Assembly: GCA_038078735.1 (NCBI GenBank)
Contig: JBBTTI010000003.1
Span: forward strand, 8,538 to 72,537
Direction: 5' to 3'
Length of the DNA: 64,000 nt
Origin: Patescibacteria group bacterium
GTDB lineage: Bacteria; Patescibacteriota; Minisyncoccia; Minisyncoccales; CAZWNE01
Below, piece after piece: positions 9,375-17,743 of the stretch (position 1 is the stretch's first letter; each line of letters starts with the position of its first letter). The notes beneath the pieces are model-generated. The model saw only the letters and a list, made by a program, of their open reading frames with translations. It was not told the origin of the DNA and did no database searches. A program made the translations under genes and the position numbers.

Positions 9375-10127
9375 TTATTTCTGGCCGAAGTAACCGGTCA
9401 ACACAGCGATTGGTCCAACCTGGTACTGGGCTAAAGAATTTAGGCCGACAAGTCTTCCTTCTTTATTAAAGTCGGGCTTATCTGTTAAAGGAATTAATCG
9501 GATATCATAACCGTGACCCTTCATACCAGGTGGTGGTCCGGGAGGACCATATTGATTCGCCGGCATACCAAATTCTTTAAAATTAGTCGTTATTTCTAAC
9601 GATCCTGCCGGCATCTTCCCAGGACTCGCGCCTTCAGGCAGTCCGTTAATTTCTGGCGGGAGTAATGCTGCCCAATGTAAGAAAACGTCTCCTGGGAAAG
9701 TACTACAAGGGGGCATTTTCCCATACACAGGCACCTCTTGATTACAAGGAAAGTCAGGATCGGTCATTACCAATAAAAGAGCCTTTGTCCCGACTGGAAT
9801 ACCTCCCCATTTAAGAGGTGGAGAAACCGCTTTTTCGCCTGCATATTTTTGTGGAATCACGCCACCGGATATGAAAGCTGGCGAATATATAAAAAGTTGA
9901 AAACCAGCATCACCTTTCAGACCTGCTGGACCTGCCGGACCACGATCACCGGCTGAGCCAGCTGGACCTCTTTCTCCGGGCGGACCGTTGACTCCGTTTT
10001 TACCTGCCGGCCCTACTGGGCCCATTGGTCCGATTGGACCTTGAGAACCAGTTATCCCGGGTGCCCCTTGGCATGCCACAACTAAAACCAAAATCAGTGC
10101 CAATGCTACCAAGTATATTTTTTTCAC
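9375..10127 (-). CDS. lipoprotein with collagen-like GXY repeats fused to a PEBP (YbhB/YbcL) domain
   Basis: Signal peptide plus lipobox (VVAC). 18 consecutive Gly-X-Y triplets ([25 protein letters not shown]...). C-terminal PEBP motifs ([31 protein letters not shown]). GC content is locally elevated. Confidence 0.7.
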   Translation of the reverse strand: MKKIYLVALALILVLVVACQGAPGITGSQGPIGPMGPVGPAGKNGVNGPPGERGPAGSAGDRGPAGPAGLKGDAGFQLFIYSPAFISGGVIPQKYAGEKAVSPPLKWGGIPVGTKALLLVMTDPDFPCNQEVPVYGKMPPCSTFPGDVFLHWAALLPPEINGLPEGASPGKMPAGSLEITTNFKEFGMPANQYGPPGPPPGMKGHGYDIRLIPLTDKPDFNKEGRLVGLNSLAQYQVGPIAVLTGYFGQK

Positions 10128-10215
10128 CTTTCCTCCTTATTTTTTTACAGATTGAGCTGGGTTGCTGGCGTTATATTAACATCCTCCAAAGCTTTGTCAA
10201 TTAAATTGCTTCTTG

Positions 10216-10244
10216 TTGATGTATTTTAATCCAAGTGGTATATT
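10216..10244 (+). promoter_or_regulatory. sigma70-like promoter (TTGATG-17-TATATT) upstream of the SWIB gene
   Basis: Hexamers at consensus 17-nt spacing, 47 nt before the ATG. Confidence 0.35.
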
Positions 10245-10290
10245 AAGATAGTAAGGTAAAGGTCGGGCAATAAATTTTTAAAAAAATACT

Positions 10291-10545
10291 ATGGCAAAAT
10301 CTAACTCTGCGTTCATGAAGCCGATGAAAATCAGCTCCGAGTTGGCTGAAGTCGTCGGCAAAGGGCCCATGCCCAGATCCGAAGTTGTTAAAAAACTTTG
10401 GGTATATATCAAAAAGAATGCGCTTCAAAATCCCAAGAACAAAAGAAATATACTGGCTGATGCAAAATTGAAGGCGGTATTCAGCGGTAAGGGCGAGGTT
10501 TCGATGTTTGAAATGACCAAGCTTGTTTCAAAACACTTGTCTTAA
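10291..10545 (+). CDS. SWIB/MDM2-domain protein
   Basis: 84 aa aligning to the SWIB fold (SSELAEVVGKGPMPRSEVVKKLWVYIKKNALQNPKNKRNI...MFEMTKLVSKHL). Confidence 0.7.
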   Translation: MAKSNSAFMKPMKISSELAEVVGKGPMPRSEVVKKLWVYIKKNALQNPKNKRNILADAKLKAVFSGKGEVSMFEMTKLVSKHLS

Positions 10546-10557
10546 GTTAAGAATAAG

Positions 10558-10602
10558 AAAGAGCGGATCTACACATGGTGTGCAGAACCGCTCTTTTTTT
10601 TG
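10558..10602 (+). terminator. rho-independent terminator
   Basis: AGAGCGG...CCGCTCT stem followed by an 8-T run. Confidence 0.7.
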
Positions 10603-10637
10603 CGTTAAAAGGGTAAGACGTCAGTCGTCAATAATCA

Positions 10638-11387
10638 TTAATGAACTTTGGCGAGACCAGTTCCTCCCCTAAGATTCGCACCCCCAGTCTTGCAGTAGCC
10701 CTCGATAACTCCGCAGGCATTATTGAAAAGATCCACATTAAAGCCCGATCCATAGGTTTTAGCCATCTCAAGAGAAATATCCCAAGTTTTTATTTGGCCA
10801 TTCTTGAGGAGCTGCTCCAGCACCGTTTTTTTGCAAATAGTATCCATCTGCATCTCGACCCAGGGAGGGCAATAGGGATCCAATCGTTTCTTATACTCTG
10901 CCAGCTTTATCTTGAGTTGGTTTTGACGTTTCTTATCTTCAGGCAAAACAAGAACCGGTGATTCCTTCTCTTTTTCGAGCCTTTCGATGATATTCTGGAG
11001 ATCACCCCGTAAACCTTCTACTATTCTTTCGGGTTTCAGAAAATCTTTAATGATTTCGGGAAGAACCCAGTTTTTTGACTCTTCGCCAGGTTTTGGATTG
11101 GCATCTTTTACGTGAATACGAAAACGTGGACTATCATTAATGCCAATCACGACACCGTCCCATTTGTCTTTCTCTTCCTGGGTAAGTTCCCGGGTCGTAG
11201 CCTTGGGGAATTTAACATTGATGAAGCCGAATCCTTCAACCCAGTTCCCGATGTAATTTTCATCGTCTTCCCCATGGATACTACACAGGTTGGGAGTCTT
11301 GCTACTAATGTCTCCGAGCAGGTGTATAGCTTTTGTTGCCATCATGTAGCGATGCGGTATGTCCTTCCATTTTTTCTCCTCTGCCAT
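10638..11387 (-). CDS. hypothetical protein (249 aa)
   Basis: Long ORF with locally higher GC and no recognisable family. The charged central region is followed by a Cys/Gly-rich C-terminus. Confidence 0.5.
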   Translation of the reverse strand: MAEEKKWKDIPHRYMMATKAIHLLGDISSKTPNLCSIHGEDDENYIGNWVEGFGFINVKFPKATTRELTQEEKDKWDGVVIGINDSPRFRIHVKDANPKPGEESKNWVLPEIIKDFLKPERIVEGLRGDLQNIIERLEKEKESPVLVLPEDKKRQNQLKIKLAEYKKRLDPYCPPWVEMQMDTICKKTVLEQLLKNGQIKTWDISLEMAKTYGSGFNVDLFNNACGVIEGYCKTGGANLRGGTGLAKVH

Positions 11388-11597
11388 TTTGTTTCCCTCC
11401 TTTTTTTATTTATATTAAATCCTATATTAAATGGTTTTATTCAAACCCATCTCTTTTTTAAGTTACGATCTAATAAAAAACAATATCATATTTTTGTAAT
11501 ATTGTCAATGATTTTAGGTAATGTATACAGACATATTGCACTTTTGTAGGTAATCTGGTGGCATATGAAAACTATGCCAAAATCCACAAAAGTGGTT

Positions 11598-11618
11598 GTT
11601 AGACATTGAATGTCTAAC
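11598..11618. repeat. REP-like palindrome, family A (perfect 8-5-8: GTTAGACA ttgaa TGTCTAAC)
   Basis: Perfect inverted repeat in the intergenic space. Confidence 0.8.
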
Positions 11619-11645
11619 ATCCTAATTGTGTCGGGGGGAATGTTT

Positions 11646-13097
11646 TTATTTATCTAAATCAATAATTTCGTCTATCCTTATCTGTTTTACAAACTCCGGA
11701 ATGTGGCTGACTAAAATCATCGCTCCCTCATATTTATTTAAAGCGGCGGCGATAATCGGCAAATGGCGAAAATTAATGTGATTAGTCGGCTCATCCAGAA
11801 TAAGAAGCCCCGGTTTTTGCATCACTATTCTGGCAAAAGACACCAATCCTTTTTGCCCCTCGGATAAACTGCCGATTTTGGAATAAATTAAATCGCCAGT
11901 TATCAAAAAACTTGCGGCCAAAGAACGGAGACTCTCTTCGGAAAAATTTTCAGCCACCGAACTGAGAGAGTGGTAAACTGTGTCATCAAAATTAAGAGTG
12001 GAAAAATCTTGGCGGTAATATCCGACCCTAACATCCGGAGAGATTTTAGCGCCCTTGGCTTTGCCCGAGGCCAAGGATTCAAGCAGCGTGGTCTTGCCGA
12101 TGCCATTGGGCCCAACAAGAAGCAAACGCTCTTTCTTTTTTAAAGAAATACTGACCTCTCGGCGCACTGATTTATAATTTTTCATAACAGAGAAAGAGGT
12201 AATGCTTAAAATTTCTCCGACAATATCCTGCTGAGAAGGAATAATAAATGGCCTGATTGTTTTATCTTCTTTTCTGACTTCAACTTTTTCTTCTTCCATT
12301 GTCTCGGCTTTCTGCCGCATTTTTTTCGCCAAAAATCTCAATTGCCCCCCTTTATGGGCAAAATAATTTGCCTTATCTTTTTTCTCTTGGATTTGTTTTG
12401 CCAACTGGGCGTTTTTTCTGTTTTCTCTTTCTATTCTGGCCTCAATTTCAACCAATAAATCAAAATAATTTCCGATGTACTGCTCAACCTTGCGGGTAAA
12501 TACATCCAAATACAAAACGCCGTGGGTAAACGCATTTAAAAAATTAGTGTCATGAGAAATGACAATGCAGGTTTTTTTATAACCAATGAGGAATTGCGTC
12601 AGCGACGCAATTCCTTCTTTATCAAGGTTATTAGTCGGCTCGTCTAAAAGCAGTATATCGGGATCTTGAATAATAGCCGAAGCCAATAAAAGCCGGGCTT
12701 GCTGACCGCCGGAAAATGATTTGATAATTTTGTCCTTATCGGCAGTAAGATTAACTATTTTAAGGACTTCGTCAATTTTCGGATCAATATCGTATACTTT
12801 TTCCTTAAAACAATTCTGAAAAAATTCTCGGAGAGTTAAATGAAGCGAATCCCGGGGAATTACCTGCTTTGCTTCGGCGACCGTAATTCCGACACCGATA
12901 TTGATCGCTCCGGAGTCGGGTTTAATGGCTCCCGTAATAAGATTAAAAATCGTGCTTTTTCCGGCGCCGTTCTGGCCCATCAAAGTTATTTTTGATCCTT
13001 GCCTGACGGAAAAATCAACCTCATCTAATATGGGTTTATTGCGCCCGTAGGCGAAAGACACTTCACTGAATCTTAATATTTTTTCTCCGTAATTCAT
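11646..13097 (-). CDS. ABC-F family ATPase (two ABC domains, no TMD)
   Basis: Two Walker A sites (GQNGAGKST, GPNGIGKTT), two signature motifs (LSGGQQ, LSEGQK) and a charged linker between them. Confidence 0.85.
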   Translation of the reverse strand: MNYGEKILRFSEVSFAYGRNKPILDEVDFSVRQGSKITLMGQNGAGKSTIFNLITGAIKPDSGAINIGVGITVAEAKQVIPRDSLHLTLREFFQNCFKEKVYDIDPKIDEVLKIVNLTADKDKIIKSFSGGQQARLLLASAIIQDPDILLLDEPTNNLDKEGIASLTQFLIGYKKTCIVISHDTNFLNAFTHGVLYLDVFTRKVEQYIGNYFDLLVEIEARIERENRKNAQLAKQIQEKKDKANYFAHKGGQLRFLAKKMRQKAETMEEEKVEVRKEDKTIRPFIIPSQQDIVGEILSITSFSVMKNYKSVRREVSISLKKKERLLLVGPNGIGKTTLLESLASGKAKGAKISPDVRVGYYRQDFSTLNFDDTVYHSLSSVAENFSEESLRSLAASFLITGDLIYSKIGSLSEGQKGLVSFARIVMQKPGLLILDEPTNHINFRHLPIIAAALNKYEGAMILVSHIPEFVKQIRIDEIIDLDK

Positions 13098-13118
13098 GAT
13101 TAATTACCTTTAACGCAT

Positions 13119-13487
13119 TTAAAAGAATAAGCGAATCGCAAAGAAGCTAAGTATTACGCCCAAAATAGATGTAAAGATATCGTCTAACGAAATACCTTTA
13201 TCTAAAAATTCTTTCCCTCCAGCCAAAATAGCGCCGGCAATCAAAGCTGATGTCAATGAAAAATCATTAGAAGCATTTAGGAAATATTTGTAAAAAGAAA
13301 ATATAATTATTGCGAACAAAATAATTATTCCAACTTTAAAAAAATGATGATACAGACGACCCCACTTGAAGAAAAAATTTATTGGCGATGTTTTTTCGTG
13401 GATATAGCGGTCGGGATCTCTTTTCAAAAACAACCACCCGCCAGCGGCAATTAGAATTAAAATAATTGTTGCTATCCAAATTAACAT
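13119..13487 (-). CDS. small integral membrane protein
   Basis: 122 aa with about 4 predicted TM helices. Confidence 0.45.
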   Translation of the reverse strand: MLIWIATIILILIAAGGWLFLKRDPDRYIHEKTSPINFFFKWGRLYHHFFKVGIIILFAIIIFSFYKYFLNASNDFSLTSALIAGAILAGGKEFLDKGISLDDIFTSILGVILSFFAIRLFF

Positions 13488-13699
13488 AAATTATTAATTA
13501 AAGCTAATTTCTTTTTTCAAGATTATTTGTGCAACCGATATAAAAAGATCCATCGGCACATTCTAAAAGATAAGTGTAAAACATAATCAATGCCTTTCGT
13601 CGTCCCTTATATTACTCGGGACTCCTCAGGGACTTCTTCTTTTTTATATATGGGCCGGAGGCACTGATGAGCCTCCGTCACAAAGGAGGCGAAGAAGTG

Positions 13700-13771
13700 C
13701 TGCCGGGCTAGGAGTCGAACCTAGAATATACGGCTTCAAAGGCCGTTGTCCTACCATTAGACGACCCGGCA
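13700..13771 (-). tRNA. tRNA-Gln (anticodon TTG)
   Basis: Cloverleaf on the minus strand: TGCCGGG acceptor, TAATGGTA D-loop, CTTTGAA anticodon loop, GGTTCGACTCC T-arm. Confidence 0.8.
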
Positions 13772-13774
13772 AAA

Positions 13775-14026
13775 TTAATTATTTTTTCTTAATTCTGTTT
13801 TTTCTCTCGAACCAATTTCTTTTGATTTTAACTGCCATTCCCGCCACATTGCTTCCTTACGACTTCCAAATTCCTCTGACTTGATAAGTATAAACGGTTT
13901 GCGATGTTTTGTAGATTTAACCTTTCCAGAATTATGGGCATTTATTCTATTTTTAAGATTAGAGGTGTATCCAGTATAAAAATTCCCATCTTTTAAACTT
14001 TTCAAAATATATACGTAATAAGCCAT
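13775..14026 (-). CDS. GIY-YIG nuclease-domain protein (YhbQ-like)
   Basis: YYVYILKSLKDGNFYTGYTSNLKNRINAHNSG matches the GIY...YIG...R...N motif set. Confidence 0.75.
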   Translation of the reverse strand: MAYYVYILKSLKDGNFYTGYTSNLKNRINAHNSGKVKSTKHRKPFILIKSEEFGSRKEAMWREWQLKSKEIGSREKTELRKNN

Positions 14027-14039
14027 AGGTTTAGGTCTA

Positions 14040-14095
14040 CGATCCGTAGGGTCCTACCATTAGCCTACGGCCCGTAGGGACGATCCCGCAATGGC
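14040..14095 (-). other. tRNA-like fragment / nested palindromes (CCGTAGG..CTAATGGTAGGAC..CCTACGG)
   Basis: Contains the D-loop string CTAATGGTAGGAC shared with tRNA-Gln but no full cloverleaf. Confidence 0.3.
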
Positions 14096-15192
14096 TAATT
14101 TATACCACAGACTTCAATAATCGCCAACTCTAAGGGCAACTGGGGAATCGGCGAATATTTCATTTTATTTTGGGCTTCAAGAAAAAGGTTTAATATATTT
14201 TGAATTTGCGTTTCGCTGAAGATTGCCGCTTGAGATTTAATTCTTTCAAATTCTTCTTTGGTCAAACCGACAACAAGCGAACTGCTTATTTTTGACAGCA
14301 TAACCTGCCTTAAATAATTAATCAAAGCTTTGGCAAATTCCTGAAAATCTAATCCCTTGTCCCCCGCTTCGTTTAAAAAATCAATGGCTTCTTTCGGTTT
14401 TTTCTGAGCCAAAAAATCGCAAAACTGGGCGATCAGTTCTGTTTCCACTAACCCCAAAATTTCTTTAATATCCTGCGCCTTGAGCTCCCTGCCCAAATCC
14501 CCGGCAAAAGTTATTGTTTGGTCTAGCAGGCTTAAGGCGTCGCGGATAGCTCCGGCCGAATTCAAGGCAATTAATTCTAAAGCCGCTTTCTCTATTTTTA
14601 TTTTCTCTTTTCCGGAAACTATTTCCAGCGATTCTATAATTTCCGGCACCGTCAATTTTCTAAAATCAAACCGCTGGCAACGGGAAATAATTGTCGGAAT
14701 CATTTTATGGATTTCGGTGGTGGCTAAAATAAAAATAGCGTGAGAAGGCGGCTCCTCTAGGGTTTTTAAAAGAGCGTTGGAGGCCTCTTTCGTCAGCTGA
14801 TGCGACTCATCAAAAATAAAAACTTTATATTTTGATTTTGTCGGGACAAATTTTATTCCTTCTTTCAATTCTTTTATTTCGTCTATACCCCGATTGGAGG
14901 CGGCGTCAATTTCAATTATATCCATCGCATTCCCCTGATTAATCTCTAGACAAGAAGGACATTTATTGCATGGTTCTGCTTCGCCTTCTTTTCTATTTTG
15001 ACAATTTAAGGCTTTAGCCAAAAGCCGGGCAATAGTAGTTTTGCCCGAACCGCGGGGACCGTCAAATAAATAAGCGTGGGAAATCAGATTAGCCGAAAGA
15101 GCGTTGGTTAAAGTTTTAACCACGTGCTCCTGGCCGATTACTTCGGCAAAAGTCTGAGGCCTATATTTTCTATATAAAACTAAATTTGCCAT
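14095..15192 (-). CDS. dnaX: DNA polymerase III subunit gamma/tau
   Basis: YRPQTF, GPRGSGKTT and a zinc module (CNKCPSC), with the AAA+ clamp-loader pattern. Confidence 0.9.
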   Translation of the reverse strand: MANLVLYRKYRPQTFAEVIGQEHVVKTLTNALSANLISHAYLFDGPRGSGKTTIARLLAKALNCQNRKEGEAEPCNKCPSCLEINQGNAMDIIEIDAASNRGIDEIKELKEGIKFVPTKSKYKVFIFDESHQLTKEASNALLKTLEEPPSHAIFILATTEIHKMIPTIISRCQRFDFRKLTVPEIIESLEIVSGKEKIKIEKAALELIALNSAGAIRDALSLLDQTITFAGDLGRELKAQDIKEILGLVETELIAQFCDFLAQKKPKEAIDFLNEAGDKGLDFQEFAKALINYLRQVMLSKISSSLVVGLTKEEFERIKSQAAIFSETQIQNILNLFLEAQNKMKYSPIPQLPLELAIIEVCGIN

Positions 15193-15618
15193 CTATTTCT
15201 TAAAGACTATAAACTTGTAGCCGATAAAGTTCCAAGCCATAGCCGCAAACGTGGCGGCCAAGGCGCCGGCGTTGGCCCAAATCTTGGCTGAAATGCCGAG
15301 GGAAGCAAACGGATTACCTATAAAATTTACGACTAAAGAAGCTACTCCGACATTAATTCCAAAACCAATTAAACTGACTATAAAAAATTGTAAAAATTTT
15401 CTGCCGGTACCTTTGAAAGTCCAGAGTTTATTCAGAAAATAAGAATTAATCACCGCAACCGTAAAAGATATCCCCTTAAAAATAGAATACCCCGAACCAG
15501 ACACAATCCCTGTTATAAAAATAAGCAAATTCAAAACCCCTAAATCAATAAGAGTGTTCAAACCGCCGACTAAAACAAATTTAACGGCTTGCCGAATGAC
15601 GATGGGTAAGTTTTGCAT
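15193..15618 (-). CDS. GtrA-family membrane protein
   Basis: 141 aa, 4 TM, GtrA-like N-terminus (FVLVGGLNTLIDLGVLNLL). Confidence 0.65.
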   Translation of the reverse strand: MQNLPIVIRQAVKFVLVGGLNTLIDLGVLNLLIFITGIVSGSGYSIFKGISFTVAVINSYFLNKLWTFKGTGRKFLQFFIVSLIGFGINVGVASLVVNFIGNPFASLGISAKIWANAGALAATFAAMAWNFIGYKFIVFKK

Positions 15619-16207
15619 ATAGATAATAACCGACTATTAAAATTATTAATACTAATATAACCCAATCAAGTTTTCGGAAATAAACTTCCAAATTTTTCCA
15701 ATTTTCTCCGGCGATAAGCCCCGAATAAGTTAAAAGGATAGACCAGGGCAAAGAGCCTAAAAACGTGTAAAGGCAAAATTTAAAAAGGGGCATTCGGGCA
15801 ATTCCGGCCGGCAGAGAAATAAAGGTTCTGACGACTGGTAATAATCTGGAGAAAAATATGCTGGCTGATCCATATTTATTAAACCATTTTTCAGCTCTTT
15901 CCACATCATCCGGCGACACTAAAATATATTTTCCGTATTTTAGAACCAATGCCCTGCCGCCATATCTTCCGATAAAATAAGCGATTAAGGAGCCTGCCAA
16001 ATTTCCGATAGTGCCCCAAAGAATTACCGGCCACCAAGAAAATTTTTCATCCCAGACCAAAAAACCGGAAAACGGCATAATAATTTCCGAAGGAATCGGA
16101 ATCAAAGCGCTTTCCAAAGCCATTAGAATAAATATTCCCCAATACCCCGCGCCGGAAATAAAACTGACAATCCAATTACTTAAAAAAGCCAGTAAATCGT
16201 AAACCAT
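15581..16207 (-). CDS. DedA/SNARE-associated family membrane protein
   Basis: DedA signature regions (GYWGIFILMALESALIPIPSE ... SRLLPVVRTFISLPAG). Confidence 0.8.
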   Translation of the reverse strand: MVYDLLAFLSNWIVSFISGAGYWGIFILMALESALIPIPSEIIMPFSGFLVWDEKFSWWPVILWGTIGNLAGSLIAYFIGRYGGRALVLKYGKYILVSPDDVERAEKWFNKYGSASIFFSRLLPVVRTFISLPAGIARMPLFKFCLYTFLGSLPWSILLTYSGLIAGENWKNLEVYFRKLDWVILVLIILIVGYYLYAKLTHRHSASR

Positions 16208-16252
16208 TTAAAAATTTTACCACAAATTCCCAAAAAGTGCTAAAATAAAAAA

Positions 16253-17686
16253 ATGCTTAAACTTTATAATACTTTATCGCGAAAAAAGGAAATATTGAGA
16301 CCCTTCGCTAAGGCTCAGGGCGAAAAACTAAAGTTTTTCATCTGCGGGCCGACGGTTTATGATTTTTCTCACTTAGGCCACGCCAGAACCTATATTGCTT
16401 TTGATATGATCGTGAAATATCTAAGGCAAAAAGGATATGATGTTTTTTATCTGCAAAACATAACTGATCTTGATGACAAAATCATAAAACGTGCGGAGGA
16501 AAAAAATATTACGCCCCAAAAGTTAGCCAGAGATTTTGAGAAAGAATATTTAAAAGATATTAAGGCCCTTAAAATAACCAGCGTTTCAAAATACGCCAGA
16601 GCCACGGATTATATTAAGGAAATTATCAGTCAGACAGAACGACTTTTGAAAAAGGGTTTTGCCTATCAAATAGAAGACGGAATTTATTTTGATATTTTAA
16701 AATTTAAAGATTACGGCAAACTTTCACGGAGAACGGTTCTCCGGGCCGAAGACGGAGTTTCTCGGATTGATGAAAGTGTTAAAAAAATAAATAAAGGCGA
16801 CTTCTGCTTGTGGAAATTTTCAAAACCAGAAGAACCAACATGGACTAGTCCGTGGGGTCAAGGCCGGCCCGGGTGGCATATTGAAGATACGGCCATTACG
16901 GAAAAGTTCTTTGGATCGCAATACGATATTCACGGCGGCGCCAGAGATCTGATATTTCCCCATCATGAAGCGGAAATATCCCAAATGGAAGCGATTTCCG
17001 GTAAAAAACCTTTGGTAAAATATTGGCTTCATACCGGATTTTTAACCGTCGATGGCCAGAAAATGTCAAAATCACTGGGGAATTTCATTACTATCCAAGA
17101 TTTTCTCAAAAATCACTCGCCCCGCTTACTCCGATTTTTAGTCATAAAAAGCCACTATCGATCTCCGATTGATTATAGTGAGAAAGTTATTTCTCAAACT
17201 AAAAAAGAATTGGAACGGATAGATGAATTTATTGATAAACTATTGAGGCCGAACCTCCATAGTTTAAAATCGGGGAGGTTCGGCCTCTTAAAATTCAAGA
17301 ACGCTTTTGATAACGCTATGAATGATGATTTTAATACGTCAAAGGCAATAGCTGTAATTTTTAATTTGATTAATAAAGGAAACGCTATAATTGCCCAAAA
17401 TAAATTATCTTCTAGCGATGCTAAAAATATTTTAGGCTTTTTAAAAATAATTGATAAATTCTTTGGTTTTATCTTTTGGCAGAAATCCGAAAATAAGCAA
17501 CCTCAGAGGTTGCTTAGCCTAGTTAAGCAACGGCAAAAATATCGGGAACAGGACAATTGGCAAAAAGCTGACGAGATGAGAGAGGAAATTAAAAAACTAG
17601 GATATTCAATAGAAGACACAAGTAAAGGACCAGTAATTAAAAGAAGCTTAGCTTCTCACTTAGAAGCTAAGCTTCTAAGTACCTAA
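16253..17686 (+). CDS. cysS: cysteine--tRNA ligase
   Basis: HLGHARTY and KMSKSLGN class I motifs. The last ~12 codons are encoded by a family B palindrome. Confidence 0.9.
   Translation: MLKLYNTLSRKKEILRPFAKAQGEKLKFFICGPTVYDFSHLGHARTYIAFDMIVKYLRQKGYDVFYLQNITDLDDKIIKRAEEKNITPQKLARDFEKEYLKDIKALKITSVSKYARATDYIKEIISQTERLLKKGFAYQIEDGIYFDILKFKDYGKLSRRTVLRAEDGVSRIDESVKKINKGDFCLWKFSKPEEPTWTSPWGQGRPGWHIEDTAITEKFFGSQYDIHGGARDLIFPHHEAEISQMEAISGKKPLVKYWLHTGFLTVDGQKMSKSLGNFITIQDFLKNHSPRLLRFLVIKSHYRSPIDYSEKVISQTKKELERIDEFIDKLLRPNLHSLKSGRFGLLKFKNAFDNAMNDDFNTSKAIAVIFNLINKGNAIIAQNKLSSSDAKNILGFLKIIDKFFGFIFWQKSENKQPQRLLSLVKQRQKYREQDNWQKADEMREEIKKLGYSIEDTSKGPVIKRSLASHLEAKLLST
17495..17515. repeat. intragenic perfect palindrome AAGCAACCTC-A-GAGGTTGCTT inside cysS
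   Basis: 10-1-10 inverted repeat read in-frame as ...KQPQRLLS... Confidence 0.7.
17642..17676. repeat. REP-like palindrome, family B (AGAAGCTTAGCTTCT cactt AGAAGCTAAGCTTCT), copy 1
   Basis: Perfect 15-bp arms. It forms the C-terminus and stop region of cysS. Near-identical copies lie at 19683 and 33072, with a variant at 32942. Confidence 0.85.
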
Positions 17687-17743
17687 AAATGCTTGTCAGG
17701 ATTTTTTTTCTGTGGTAATTTGAGATATGGTTAATATCTCAAC

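Noticed and set aside
13640-13700. Hammerhead-ribozyme-like core (CTGATGAG - GCCTCC hairpin - CGAAG) bracketed by ACTTCTTC/GAAGAAGT near tRNA-Gln
   Set aside because: The conserved GAAA is GAAG (A15.1 replaced). No convincing stem I hairpin or GUH cleavage site is in place. It is more simply explained as alternative CGGAGGC/GCCTCCG hairpins.
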